Source: Eledone cirrhosa (taxonomy: Eukaryota). From it: a stretch of 64,000 nt of DNA. How positions within the stretch are numbered: position 1 is the stretch's first letter; each line of letters begins with the position of its first letter. This document shows, piece after piece, positions 15,230-30,903 of this stretch. The stretch spans positions 14,942,001 to 15,006,000 of the forward strand of contig OZ024765.1 in the NCBI GenBank assembly GCA_964016885.1, written 5' to 3'. The notes below the pieces were generated by a model. It saw nothing but the letters and a program-made list of their open reading frames with translations, ran no database searches and had not been told where the DNA came from. The translations under genes were made by a program, and so were the position numbers.

Positions 15230-15576
15230 GTGAAGGTGAGTGTGTGTGTATGTGTGTGTGTGTGTAAGACAGAACTGGGAAGATGCATTGTGCTTGTATG
15301 TGTGACGTAAGTGCGTGGATGCTCTTGTGTGTGTGTGCGCGCGTGTGTGTAAGACCGAACTGGGAAGCTGCATTGTGCTCGTATGTGTGACGTAAGTGTG
15401 TGGATGTTTGAGGTTAGATGTGTGTGAATGCTTTTGTGTGTGTGTGTGTGTGTGAGTGTGTGTGTGTCTAATACATAACTGGGAAGATGCATTGCGCTTG
15501 TATGTGTAACGTAGGTGTGTGGATGTTTGTGGTTAGATGTGTGCGAATGCTTTTGTGTGTGTGTGTGTGTGTGTGC

Positions 15577-15652
<76 letters not shown>

Positions 15653-15728
15653 CATAACTGGGAAGATGCATTGCGCTTGTATGTGTAACGTAGGTGTGTG
15701 GATGTTTGTGGTTAGATGTGTGCGAATG

Positions 15729-15769
<41 letters not shown>

Positions 15770-15915
15770 GTGTGAATGTTTTTCGTTGCGTGTGAGTGCG
15801 TGTTTCTGTGTATGTAAGTGTGTGTGTGTGTGTAAATGTGTGAATGTTTTTGTTTGCGTGTGAGTGCGTGTTTCTGTGTGTGTAAGTGTGTGAATGCTTT
15901 TGAATGTGTGTGCGT
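15230..15915. repeat. GT-rich minisatellite (4 copies of aactgggaag(a/c)tgcattg.. separated by (GT)n)
   Basis: Core repeated at about 15272, 15358, 15477 and 15656. Confidence 0.85.
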
Positions 15916-15954
15916 TTTTATCAAATAAAAGAAAGCTAATTCTATTGACGGAGA

Positions 15955-18640
15955 TGGTGGGACTGTTGAAGGTGGTGGTGGTGGTGGGCATAACAGTGGC
16001 GGTGATGATGATGTTGGTGGCTGTAGTGGTAGCTGTAGTGGTGATGATGATGATGGTGGTAGTAGCGGTGGTGGTGATGATGATGGTGCTGGTAGCTGTG
16101 GTGGTAGTTATGATGGTGGTAGTTGTGGTGGTGATGATGGTGGTGGTGGTGGTCGTAGCTGTAGTGGTGAAGATGGTGGTGTTGTTGTTGTTGGTAGTGG
16201 TGATGGTGATGATGATGATGGTGGTAGTAGCGGTGGTGATGATGATGATGGTGCTGGTAGCTGTGGTGGTAGTTATGATGGTGGTAGTTGTGGTGGTGAT
16301 GATGGTGGTGGTGGTCGTAGCTGTAGTGGTGAAGATGGTGGTGTTGTTGTTGTTGTTGGTAGTGGTGATGGTGATGATGATGATGGTGGTGGTAGTAGCG
16401 GTTGTGGTGATGATGATGGTGCTGGTAGCTGTGGTGGTAGTTATGATGGTGGTAGTTGTGGTGGTGATGATGGTGGTGGTGGTGGCCGTAGCTGTAGTGG
16501 TGAAGATGGTGTTGTTGTTGTTGTTGTCGTTGTTGGTGGTGGTGGTAGTAGCGGTGGTGATGATGATGATGGTGCTGGTAGCTGTGGTGGTAGTTATGAT
16601 GCTGGTAGTTGTGGTGGTGATGATGGTGGTGGTGGTCGTAGCTGTAGTGGTGAAGATGGTGGTGTTGTTGTTGTTGGTAGTGGAGATGGTGATGATGATG
16701 ATGGTGGTGGTAGTAGCGGTGGTGGTGATGATGATGGTGCTGGTAGCTGTGGTGGTAGTTATGATGCTGGTAGTTGTGGTGGTGATGATGGTGGTGGTGG
16801 TCGTAGCTGTAGTGGTGAAGATGGTGGTGTTGTTGTTGTTGGTAGTGGAGATGGTGATGATGATGATGGTGGTGGTAGTAGCGGTGGTGGTGATGATGAT
16901 GGTGCTGGTAGCTGTGGTGGTAGTTATGATGGTGGTAGTTGTGGTGGTGATGATGGTGGTGGTGGTCGTAGCTGTAGTGGTGAAGATGGTGTTGTTGTTG
17001 TTGTTGTTGGTAGTGGTGATGGTGATGATGATGATGGTGGTGGTAGTAGCGGTTGTGGTGATGATGATGGTGCTGGTAGCTGTGGTGGTAGTTATGATGC
17101 TGGTAGTTGTGGTGGTGATGATGGTGGTGGTGGTCGTAGCTGTAGTGGTGAAGATGGTGGTGTTGTTGTTGTTGGTAGTGGTGATGGTGATGATGATGAT
17201 GGTGGTGGTAGTAGCGGTGGTGGTGATGATGATGGTGCTGGTAGCTGTGGTGGTAGTTATGATGGTGGTAGTTGTGGTGGTGATGGTGGTGGTGGTGGTC
17301 GTAGCTGTAGTGGTGAAGATGGTGGTGTTGTTGTTGTTGGTAGTGGTGATGGTGATGATGATGATGGTGGTAGTAGCGGTGGTGGTGATGATGATGGTGC
17401 TGGTAGCTGTGGTGGTAGTTATGATGGTGGTAGTTGTGGTGGTGATGATGGTGGTGGTGGTCGTAGCTGTAGTGGTGAAGATGGTGGTGTTGTCGTTGTT
17501 GTCGTTGTTGGTGGTGGTGATGATGATGATGGTGGTGGTAGTAGCGGTGGTGATGATGATGATGGTGCTGGTAGCTGTGGTGGTAGTTATGATGGTGGTA
17601 GTTGTGGTGGTGATGATGGTGGCGGTGGTCGTAGCTGTAGTGGTGAAGATGGTGTTGTTGTTGTTGTTGGTAGTGGTGATGGTGATGATGATGATGGTGG
17701 TGGTAGTAGCGGTGGTGGTGATGATGATGGTGCTGGTAGCTGTGGTGGTAGTTATGATGGTGGTAGTTGTGGTGGTGATGATGATGGTGGTGGTGGTCGT
17801 AGCTGTAGTGGTGAAGATGGTGTTGTTGTTGTTGTTGGTAGTGGTGATGGTGATGATGATGATGGTGGTGGTAGTAGCGGTGGTGGTGATGATGATGGTG
17901 CTGGTAGCTGTGGTGGTAGTTATGATGCTGGTAGTTGTGGTGGTGATGATGGTGGTGGTGGTCGTAGCTGTAGTGGTGAAGATGGTGTTGTTGTTGTTGT
18001 TGGTAGTGGTGATGGTGATGATGATGATGGTGGTGGTAGTAGCGGTTGTGGTGATGATGATGGTGCTGGTAGCTGTGGTGGTAGTTATGATGCTGGTAGT
18101 TGTGGTGGTGATGATGGTGGGGGTGGTCGTAGCTGTAGTGGTGAAGATGGTGGTGTTGTTGTTGTTGTTGGTAGTGGTGATGGTGATGATGATGATGGTG
18201 GTGGTAGTAGCGGTTGTGGTGATGATGATGGTGCTGGTAGCTGTGGTGGTAGTTATGATGCTGGTAGTTGTGGTGGTGATGATGGTGGCGGTGGTCGTAG
18301 CTGTAGTGGTGAAGATGGTGGTGTTGTCGTTGTTGTCGTTGTTGGTGGTGGTGGTGATGATGATGGTGGTAGTAGCGGTGGTGATGATGATGATGGTGCT
18401 GGTAGCTGTGGCGGTAGTTATGATGGTGGTGGTTGTGGTGGTGATGATGGTGGTGGTGGTCGTAGCTGTAGTGGTGAAGATGATGGTGTTGTTGTTGTTG
18501 TCGTTGTTGGTGGTGGTGGTGATGATGATTATGATGATGATGATGGTGGTAGTAGCGGTGGTGGTGATGATGATGGTGGTGGTGCCGCTAGCGGTGTTGT
18601 TATTAGGGTGGTGCAGGTGATGGTGGAGGAGGAGGAGGTC
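15955..18640. repeat. Compound (GGT/GAT/GTT) minisatellite with a ~140-147 bp higher-order unit
   Basis: Marker gtagctgtagtggtgaagatg recurs mostly every ~140-147 bp (some units shorter). Indels are multiples of 3. Confidence 0.92.
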
Positions 18641-18694
18641 GTCTTGACACGAATCACTGTGTTATTTCGTGATCTTAACATTCGGACATTTAAA

Positions 18695-18732
18695 TGACGT
18701 CACGCCAATAATCACGTGTTCCAGTGACGTCA
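18695..18732. promoter_or_regulatory. Candidate cis-regulatory cluster: CRE, CCAAT, E-box, CRE
   Basis: TGACGTCA 18695-18702, CCAAT 18705-18709, CACGTG 18713-18718 and TGACGTCA 18725-18732, in non-repetitive DNA. Confidence 0.35.
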
Positions 18733-19103
18733 TTGAGAAGACGGCAACCATTTTAACTTAAGTGGAGAAAGTAAAAACAAACAAACAAACAAACCTAAAC
18801 TAAAAGCAAAAAAGGGTCGCCTGATTCATAAAAGATACAGAATGTCACTCAAGATATAAAATTGAAAGACTTTATATTTAATACACACATATATACACAT
18901 AAACACACATTTAGAAACACACATGTAGACATGTATGGATGGATGGATGAATGAATGTGTTTATGTATATATGTATCTATGGGTGGTTGTATATATCTAT
19001 GTATCCACAATTATGTCCATATGTGTGTTTCTATGTATGTATGTATGGATTGATGTATATATGTATGACTGTACGAACGTATGTATGTATGCATGTACGG
19101 ATG

Positions 19104-19144
<41 letters not shown>

Positions 19145-19334
19145 ACGTACGTAGTATGTGTGTATATATATATGTATGTACGATAGTACGTACGTATGTA
19201 TACATGGATGTACATATGTATCTATCGTTATGTATATATGTATGTACGTATGTATGTGTGTATGTATGCATTATGTAATTATGTATATGTGTGTGTGTAT
19301 GTATATATGTAAGTATGTCCGTATGTATATATGC

Positions 19335-19374
<40 letters not shown>

Positions 19375-19465
19375 GTATATATATATATACATATATATAT
19401 TAATATATACATACATATATACATACGTACATATATACATACACACATATACCTATATATGTATG

Positions 19466-19521
<56 letters not shown>

Positions 19522-19568
19522 CATACATATATATATATATATATATACATATATATGCATATATATAC

Positions 19569-19621
<53 letters not shown>

Positions 19622-19632
19622 CATATATATAC

Positions 19633-19677
<45 letters not shown>

Positions 19678-19688
19678 CATATATATAC

Positions 19689-19787
<99 letters not shown>

Positions 19788-19836
19788 CATATATATATAT
19801 ATTTATATATATATATATATATATATACATATATGT

Positions 19837-20247
19837 CATCATCATCATCATTCGTCGACTACTGTCGAGATGAATTGATCTCACTCTCATGCCCCAGAAT
19901 TCCCTGTCCCCCATCGCTGCCCCCAGGTCCCGTCTACTGATCCCGTATCCCTAGAGATAACGTCAGGGAATGACAGCTCCCTACTCATAGTCATGCTGGA
20001 GTCAGGGTTCCAGAGCAAGAGAGCGGATATGATTTCATTGCTGGCACGGTGACAGTGGCCAGCAAATTGAGCTCTCCGGGATTTTAGAAGGGCAGAGGCT
20101 CGAGGGAGTTTGCCATAGATTTTAGACAATGTGGGATGTCGTTTCCAGGTTAGATTTTTCACTCTCATTAAGAGGCGGATATATGTGCCATCCAATCTCC
20201 TCTCAAGTTGTGATGTTAGTGTCCAAGTTTCGGATCCATAAAGTAAT
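19837..20247 (-). mobile_element. RTE-clade LINE 3' fragment (post-RT region) with a (GAT)n tail
   Basis: LLYGSETWTLTSQLERRLDG...WKRHPT...RRAQFAGHCHR...LLW matches the YGxETW, GH and DRxxW motifs of RTE ORF ends. Tail tcatcatcatcatc at 19837-19850. Confidence 0.88.
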
Positions 20248-20513
20248 ACATACATGTATGTAGAGAGAGATAGAGAGAAAAGGGAAGGAGATAGCGTATC
20301 ATAGATAAATGCAAATGAGTTGAACAAACAATTACGTATCAAACTCTTTGAACCACCTGGAGGAGTGCAATTTCGGGCATTAAATATTAATGACATTGCA
20401 TAACATCATCTGTTGATGTTTGGTTTCTTAGGTTAACAGGTAAACAGCCAAATTTAAATTAACCAAACATGTTCTGTTATATAATGTCGTTATTACGCAG
20501 TTATATATATATG

Positions 20514-20600
<87 letters not shown>

Positions 20601-20866
20601 CCAGGTTTTATATACTTCTCTCATCCCTCGCTGAATATTATTCCACAAACTTACATATTATGTATATATATATTATATTTAAATAATGTATATATACAAT
20701 ATATATGTAACTATATATTACATATACATGTATGTATATATCACATTATACGGTATGTATATATACATTAGTCAGGTATGTATATATATATATATATACA
20801 GGTATGTATATATACATAAACACATATATGTATGTGTGTGTATATATACATAAACACATATATGTA

Positions 20867-20955
<89 letters not shown>

Positions 20956-21951
20956 GTATATAATCATTGCTTATATAGAAACCGTAACTGATATTATTGC
21001 CAGAGGGTAGAATTGTTATTAAAGCGGGCAGTTTCTTACTCGATTTTATTACATTTCATTAAATTATGCATTAAATAATGCTGAAGAATGCATTCACTTG
21101 AGTGGTATTACTGTTGCCACCTAGCTTTAGGGCAGGTGGACGGTAGTAAACTTCTAAAGATACTTTAGTTCTCTTTATTTATCACTCTCTACTGGAAAAC
21201 AATATCTTACGCTACCTGCTCCATATTTGCAAGTGATAGCGATTTAGTTACAGATTGTTATTCCGGCCATAGTTTGCAAAGCCATGAAAGCATGGGATTA
21301 AGTTTCCACGTACTTACAGGACACGCCGAAATTTGCGGAATATTTGAAATACTGTGATTCTAAATTCAAAATATTCTACATCCAAACTGTTTAAAGTCAA
21401 TATATTATCTCTATTCAGACGAGGATAACTAACACCGAGTACTGTGTTAGGAGAAAGTTATGCAAACATTATCAGAAAGAAAAAAACGTTTATTAATTAA
21501 AAGATTAAAATATCTTTGTTGGCTAACAGATCGACATGACGTAGAAATTTGCAATACAAAAGTATAGACTTCGATTCTATATATGATGCAATCATAAACA
21601 TAAATTATTGTATTTCAAGAATGGCCTACTAATGCCCTTTCATGTGATACATGACGTTAAGAGCTATTGCAATACATTGAAATATATTGCTTCATAGAAA
21701 ACATTACTAATGGCTTTATAAATTACACTTACGAAAAATATTTCTATGGATGCGCTCCATCCATATCTCTATTTCTCAATATATATATATAAGTATATAA
21801 TATATATATGTAGTAATATATGAGGTTATAGTGTAATAGATGACTAGTTTCATTGGTAAAATGAGGTAAGCTAATATAACACACACACACATATATATAT
21901 ATAGAAATGAAAGGTATAGAAAACATTGTAGCGAAAAGCCAACAGTATTCC

Positions 21952-22052
<101 letters not shown>

Positions 22053-22096
22053 TTATATATATATCCATCTCTCTCTCTCTCTCTCTCTCTCATTCT

Positions 22097-22166
<70 letters not shown>

Positions 22167-22502
22167 GTTCCGTTGTTTTGGTTGGTGGTTTTGCTAAAAG
22201 TGTGATGTTTGCGCATGTGTGATAGGTGGGGGGGGGGGATCATTAATATCCTATATGTTCATTCTGCTATTACTAGAGCTGAGTTCCGACGATTCCAGCG
22301 TCGGGCCAGATCGAACCTCGAGCTGAGCAATAGCGAAACGCGGGTCACTACTCAGAAAGCGTAATGAAGTCATAACAAATCGTCTTTTTATTATTATATT
22401 TAAACTCTGCTTATTTCTACACATCTTTACAGACGGGTAACTTCGCATCAAGTACTCACAATAACCGTACGGTACACTCCCTATGTGTGTGTATATATAT
22501 AT

Positions 22503-23224
<722 letters not shown>

Positions 23225-23555
23225 GGAGATTCATAGATAGATGAATAGATAGATAGATATACTACTGAATTTTATTTATATATATATATGTATATGTGTG
23301 TGTGTGTGTGTGTGTATGTGGGTGTGTGTGTGTGTGTGTGTGGGTGTGTATGCGTGCGTGCGCATGTGTGTGTGTGTGTGTGTGCGTGCGCGTGTGTGTA
23401 TATGTGTGTGTGTGTGCGAGCGTGTGTGTGTGGATGGGTGTGCGTGTGTGTGTAGTAAGCGTGCAATTGGATTGCGTTCACAGGTGGTACATATACACAT
23501 ATATATATATATATATATGTCTGCATTTATACATACATATAACAGATACACACAG

Positions 23556-23592
<37 letters not shown>

Positions 23593-24134
23593 CACACATA
23601 TATATATTATATTTACACACATCCTATTCAACTGTCCAATAAAATATTTTATTATATTCTTTGTGTTATGTTATGTCACTTTTTAAAATTATTTCCATCG
23701 TCGGTTGTTTTACTTGTTATATTTATTTTATTTCAGAATATTTCGCACCATCAAACACCTCTTTAATCATTCGTAAATTACCTTCTTCATTGGTTAATTT
23801 GTATCTCGGATTGCTCTACACCTTGTTTATTATGGCTTTATGAAGCTGATCGTCATCTTCTTCGTATTGTTGTTGTTGTTAATGTTGTTGTTGTCATTGT
23901 TTTAATTATTATCAGTAGTGTTGCTGTTATTATTAATATTTTGCTTATTATTCTTTGAGTCTCAGTCATTGATGTCATTTAAGTGGAACGTTTTTTTTCA
24001 AATGAATATCAAGCCGCTACCTGCCGCCTCAGATATTCAGGACGTATCGGAGGGTTCTTGCTGTTCGCAGCAAGCATGCTTTTTGAAGTGTTCCAAAAAA
24101 TAAGGGGTTGGGGGCTGGTCTATTATTATTATTA

Positions 24135-24897
24135 TTGGCAGTATCAGTAGAGGATAGGACGCCATGCTTTGCAGCACAGAGTTACGGCTCTTTATGTTCT
24201 GATTTCAAATCCTGCTGAGGCTAGTTTACCGTTCATCCTTACGGGGTAGATAAAATAAAGTACCAGTAATACACTGAGGTAATTGCTGGCGTTTTGTCAA
24301 AAGTAGAAACACTTATTATTATTATTATTATTGTGGGTTGGCAGTATCGGTAATGGGTCGGACGCGGTGCTTTTTGGCATAGAGTTATGGTCCTTTACGG
24401 TCTGAGTTAAAATCCCATCCAGGTTAACTTTACCTTTCATCCTTACGGGGCCGATAAAATAAAGTACCAGTAATACACTGGAATAATTGCTGGCCTTGTG
24501 CCAAAAGCAGAAACCATTATTATTGTGGCTTGTTCAGTGTCGGTAATGGGTCGGACGCCATGCTTTGCAGCATAGAGTCATGTCCCTTTACGGTCTGAAA
24601 TCAAATGCCGCCCAGGTTAACTTTGCCTTTCATCATTACGAGGCCGATAAAATAAAGTACCAGTAATGCACTGGATTAATTGCTGGCCTTGTGCCTAAAG
24701 TAGAAACAATTATTCTTTGCCTTTCATCCTTACGGGGTCGATAAAATAAAGTACCAGTAATGCACTGGCTAATTGCTGGCCTTGTGTCTAAAGGAGAAAC
24801 AATTATTCTTTGCCTTTCATCCTTACGGGGTCGATAAAATAAAGTACCAGTAATACACTGGCGAATTTGCTGGCCTTGTGCCTAACGTAGAAACCAT
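24135..24897 (+). mobile_element. Head-to-tail array of 5 family 1 SINE units (3 full, 2 headless)
   Basis: Units at about 24135-24312, 24333-24515, 24525-24710, 24715-24802 and 24808-24897, joined by short ATT tails. Confidence 0.85.
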
Positions 24898-25146
24898 TAT
24901 GAAAATGTCGATTTCTTCATCTTGTTCTGTCATTTTCAGTTTTCTGATTTCGTCTGTCTTCTTTATATTTCGTCGTGTTCGATATATATTCTATATATGT
25001 TCCATATGTATTCCATATTTAATAATTTCATTGCACCTCCCACCATATCCTTCTCCTTCCTTTCTGTTCCCCTTTAGCTTTGTACTTCTATTGTTTTGTT
25101 GTGTTGCGTAATGTTTACACCTCTAGTGTGTTTATCTGTGTTAGCT

Positions 25147-25272
<126 letters not shown>

Positions 25273-25277
25273 ATGTA

Positions 25278-25312
<35 letters not shown>

Positions 25313-25447
25313 GTATGCATGTATATATTTATATATATATATATGTATGCATGTATATATTTATATACATATATATATATGTGTATGCATGTATATATTT
25401 ATATACATATATATATATATGTATGCATGTATATATATATATAATAT

Positions 25448-25487
<40 letters not shown>

Positions 25488-25587
25488 GTATATATATATA
25501 TATATGTATGTAAAATGTAAACAGAAATAACAACACAGTCGGTACAGTATATGGAAGGGATATATTAGGTTAACGCGTATTTATATT

Positions 25588-25680
<93 letters not shown>

Positions 25681-25979
25681 GTATATATATGTATATATAT
25701 GTATATATGTACATATGTACATACATATATATATATGTATATATATATAGGTATATTTCCATATATATAGACATATATAAACATATTTCCATATATATAT
25801 ATATAGACATATATATACATATTTACATATATATATATACGTATATTTAAAAATATATAGACATATATATATATACATACATATATATATATATATATGT
25901 ATATTTACATATTTATACATACATATACATACATATATATATATATTTACATATATATACATACACACATATACATATA

Positions 25980-26024
<45 letters not shown>

Positions 26025-26325
26025 ATATATACACGCATATGTGTGTGTATACATACACGCATATGTTGTATAGAAATAACACACGCACCCGTGTGTTTGT
26101 GGAAGCACTCAATAATTACAATAGAAAAAATGTTGGCGATAACTAATCTCTCTCTAAAACGTGTAAACGCTTCATTTTTATCTATTTACAAATTCACAAG
26201 TTGTCTCTCATTTGTTACAGATAATTTCAATTGGGATGGAGGTGTGTTAGTATTAATTGTGGTGGCGCTGTGTGCTAACGTGTGTATATGATAGCTTGAT
26301 GTGGTGATGGCTGCATTAGTGTCCA

Positions 26326-26356
<31 letters not shown>

Positions 26357-26358
<2 letters not shown>

Positions 26359-26871
26359 GGTGGCTGCCAACTCGTTTTCGAGTACGGCCACTACTTTATA
26401 TCCATGTAGGAGAACCCCTACCGATGCGCTGAACGAGCGTGTATTTTTAGTCCAGCCAGCGATTTGAAAACTCTGGTACAAACACTACACTTGTGACAAT
26501 TATTGACACATAGTGCTGGGCCCATGGTACCATGTGACGTCAAGTGCAGAGAGATCTCCAGATATAAAGCAATGCCTGTGCCGTGAAGCTTTTATAGTGA
26601 GCAAAAGCACTGCACAAAGCCAGTCTCACTCTCATAACCAAGATGATATTTACCAAAAAGAAGAACAAGTCAACATCATTGTATACCATCAGAGTTGCAG
26701 GTGTTATATCAGAGTTTTCCTTCTCCTAGAATTCTGCCTTGACAAAGGCTAAGGGGTCATCTCTCCCTGTGATTTTGGATGGTCATTGACTCTTAAGAGC
26801 TCCTTTGCCCTTTGACAAGTTTTGTTTTTAGTCCTGCAGGATGTCCAAAGTCACCCTCCTCACCAAGAAAC
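26357..26871 (-). mobile_element. Non-autonomous RTE-derived element, copy 2 (5'-truncated)
   Basis: Reverse complement of 22590-23109. Confidence 0.85.
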
Positions 26872-26880
26872 ATATATATA

Positions 26881-27320
26881 TGTAGAAGTTCTATTGAAAT
26901 AGTTGGGATACAACAAGCAAATATTTTTATAACTGATATAAAGCACTCAACAAATTATTGGAGTAAAAATACGATATATTAACAAATGGAAACTATATTT
27001 ATAAAACCATATTTATTTCATTATACATATTTCAAGGATACCAAGTTAAATTATGGTGTGCTTTCATCATATAAAATATAATATAGACCAGTTTTATAAA
27101 TAAATATTGACAGACCCTTAAAATAATGCGACCATTTCTTTTGGAGCTTCCGACAGAAATGGTCGCATTCTTTAAGGATATGTCAATATTTTTTTATAAA
27201 ACTGGTCTATATTATATTTTATCTGATGAAAGCACACCATAATTTAACTTGGTGTCCTTGAAATATGTATAATGAAATAAATATGGTTTTATAAATATAG
27301 TTTCCATTTGTTAATATATC

Positions 27321-27322
<2 letters not shown>
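26881..27322. mobile_element. Fold-back PLE-type terminus, family D
   Basis: About 175 bp arms (26970-27140 against 27155-27322) plus a ~90 bp tail on the left. HHR in both arms; the left-arm core is mutated to ATGATGA. Confidence 0.8.
27215..27279 (+). ncRNA. Minimal hammerhead ribozyme (family D)
   Basis: tattttat CTGATGA aagcacacca-taatttaact-tggtgtcctt GAAA t-atgt-a TA atgaaata. Confidence 0.85.
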
Positions 27323-27355
<33 letters not shown>

Positions 27356-27358
<3 letters not shown>

Positions 27359-27542
27359 TTAATATAGATGAGATTCTACAGGAGTAGAACTGTTTCATTC
27401 ATTAGAAATCATCAGGAGATGATTTCTAATGAATGAAACAGTTCTAGTCCTGTAGAATCTCATCTATATCAAAACTGTTATACTCTGCTATGTATTGAGT
27501 ACCTTACTTAATGTGGTTACCTCCGATTCAACCCGGAATAAC

Positions 27543-27543
<1 letters not shown>
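27356..27543 (+). mobile_element. Fold-back terminus, family E
   Basis: About 58 bp inverted arms joined at the HHR core. Minus arm reads tc CTGATGA tttctaatgaat GAAA cag-ttctactc-ctg TA gaatctc. ~65 bp tail ends ccggaataacg. Confidence 0.8.
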
Positions 27544-27605
<62 letters not shown>

Positions 27606-27677
27606 CTTGGTGGTCACTGATCTATCCAGCTGGTTGCCTACCAGTTGTCTATCATGAAAGATTATACATCCCATATA

Positions 27678-27757
27678 TATTGTGTCTGAAGAGAACATGT
27701 TCTGCATTATGTTATACATAAAACTTAACATCTTCGAAAAATATATATAATGAAATA
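27678..27757 (+). ncRNA. Hammerhead motif (family K terminus, 27601-27800)
   Basis: tattgtgt CTGAAGA gaacatgtt-..-aacatcttc GAAA aatatata TA atgaaata, with stem III slightly disrupted. Decayed sibling on the minus strand at 32958-33030. Confidence 0.6.
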
Positions 27758-27796
27758 AATGGAGATGATATAAGGAATCTACCTTTCGTTTATTAC

Positions 27797-27829
<33 letters not shown>

Positions 27830-28110
27830 GTATATATATATATATTATATATATACACACACCGACGCTTATTTGCTAACACAAGCACATATATGGTCAC
27901 ACACATGCACACACACACATATATATACATACATATACATACATTTACATACATACCTATATATATATATTATATATACATTTATATACATACATATATA
28001 AAAATAAACATATACATACATACATACATAGCCATACATATGTATATATATATATGTATATATACATACATATATATATATACATAATATACATACATAC
28101 ATAGCCATAC

Positions 28111-28141
<31 letters not shown>

Positions 28142-28283
28142 CATAATATACATATATAAATGAAAAGTATAGAAAACATTGTAGCAAAACGCCAATATAA
28201 TATACATATATACATACATATGCATATATATATATATATACTTATACATATATATATACATAATATACATATATACATACATA

Positions 28284-28359
<76 letters not shown>

Positions 28360-28441
28360 CATACATATATACATATATATATACATAATATACATATATA
28401 CATACATATGCATATATATATATATATACATACATATATAT

Positions 28442-29051
28442 ATGGTGGCTGCCAACTCGTTTTCGAGTACGGCCACTACTTTATATCCATGTAGGAGAAC
28501 CCCTACCGATGCGCTGAACGAGTGTGACTTTTTAGTCCAGCCAGCGACTTGAAAACTCTGGTACAAACACTACACTTGTGACAATTACTGACACATAGTG
28601 CTGGGCCCATGGTACCATGTGACGACAAGTGCAGAGAGATCTCCAGATATAAAGCAATGCCTGTGCCGTGAAGCTTTTATAGTGAGCAAAGGCACTGCAC
28701 AAAGCCAGTCCCACTCTCTTAACCAAGATGATATTTACCAAAAAGAAGAACAAGTCAACATCATTGGATACCATCAGGGTTGCAGGTGTTATATCAGAGT
28801 TTTCCTTCTCCTAGAATTCTGCCTTGACAAAGGCTAAGGGGTCATCTCTCCCGGTGATTTTGGATGGCCATTGACTCTTAAGAGCTCCTTTGCCCTTTGA
28901 CAGGTTTTGTTTTTAGTCCTGCAGGATGTCCAAAGTCACCCTCCTCACCAAGAAACCTTGGTGGGGTTGCCAGTTTAGTCGCCAACGACCCGACCATGGG
29001 ACAGGTTGTACTGGGATACATGTTACCAGTAGCACCAACTGGTGACCTGAC
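28442..29051 (-). mobile_element. Non-autonomous RTE-derived element, copy 3 (full length)
   Basis: Reverse complement of 22503-23109 with the same 5' start gtcag(a/g)tcacc. Confidence 0.85.
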
Positions 29052-29070
29052 ATAAACATATATATATACA

Positions 29071-29101
<31 letters not shown>

Positions 29102-29139
29102 TTACGTATATAATTACATATATACATACATATGCATAT

Positions 29140-29172
<33 letters not shown>

Positions 29173-29722
29173 CATACATATATATATACATATATATACA
29201 TACATATATATACATACATTTACGTATATAAATACATATATACACACATATATCTACATATACACACATATATATATACATATATATATACACACACATA
29301 TATATACATATATATATACACACACACATATATATGTATATATATGTATATACATATATATAAATATACATACATATACATATACATATATATATATAAA
29401 CATACATACATAAACTGCGCGTATGTGTGTGAATGTAAGTGCTAAAACGTGCATAGAATTCTTAACCCCCACCCAGCCATTCCTCCCAACTCAAATCATT
29501 GCTAAATGTTATGTTGACTGGGAGAAAAAGACATTAGTTGTGCAAGGTGTGAGGCACATATGTTTGTTTCGTTCTGCAGACAACATATATCGACTGAAAC
29601 ACCGACATATTAACACCCACTATGAGGCTAGCCACATTGCCAACCGTTGCCACATCGCCAACCCACGACATCACCGACCCAGGCAGTCTGACACACACAA
29701 ATATTTAGCGTAGTATATAACA

Positions 29723-29829
<107 letters not shown>

Positions 29830-29871
29830 TAATAATAATAAATTTGCTTAAACTTTAATCTGTTATTTTAA

Positions 29872-29966
<95 letters not shown>

Positions 29967-29978
29967 TATACATATGGG

Positions 29979-30035
<57 letters not shown>

Positions 30036-30036
30036 C

Positions 30037-30067
<31 letters not shown>

Positions 30068-30093
30068 AGAATATATATGTATGTGTATGTGTG

Positions 30094-30126
<33 letters not shown>

Positions 30127-30134
30127 TCCCCCGG

Positions 30135-30169
<35 letters not shown>

Positions 30170-30229
30170 TGCACACATATATTTAGGTGTGTGTGTGTAT
30201 ATATATATATATACGCGAATATATATATA

Positions 30230-30278
<49 letters not shown>

Positions 30279-30359
30279 AGAGTGTATATACACACCTAAT
30301 TATATGTGTATATATACTTACACACTTAATTATATATTTACACATCTATATACAAATCG

Positions 30360-30404
<45 letters not shown>

Positions 30405-30684
30405 CAATTATACCTACATGTATATATACTCCTACCTATATGTATACACACACATTTATTTGTGTGGGTGAGGGTGGGTGTTGACGGCGCGGCGTCGGGG
30501 GAGGACGGGGTGCTCATTTACGAAGTCTGAGATTTTCACACACACGAGGTAAACGAGATTAGCTTTCACACTCGAAGACACCACGAGGACGAGAACGGTA
30601 ACTGGAGAAGATTTTTTGTCAATAACGTGATGCCATGTTGATTCTCAAGACACAATCTTGTCTGGCACGCCATTCCTAATGTAA

Positions 30685-30850
30685 TTGTTTCGAATTTAGC
30701 CACAGGGCCAGCTGTAGGGAAGGCGAAGTCAGTCAGATCTGCCCCAGTATTAGACTGGTATTTATTCTATTTTATCAACCCCTACGGAGTTGATAAATGA
30801 ACGACACAGTTGATCTCACGAGATTTGAACTCTATCGTACACTCTCCACG
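30685..30850 (-). mobile_element. Diverged SINE related to family 1
   Basis: ccccagtattagactggtatttattctattttatcaacccc...agatttgaactc. Confidence 0.5.
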
Positions 30851-30866
30851 GCCTCTCTTCCCATCT

Positions 30867-30902
<36 letters not shown>

Positions 30903-30903
<1 letters not shown>

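Noticed and set aside
15894-18620. 908 aa Val/Met-rich ORF; an alternative frame gives a Gly/Asp/Ser/Cys-rich repeat
   Set aside because: Trinucleotide-derived minisatellite. Several frames are open because indels come in triplets, and there is no domain or splice support.
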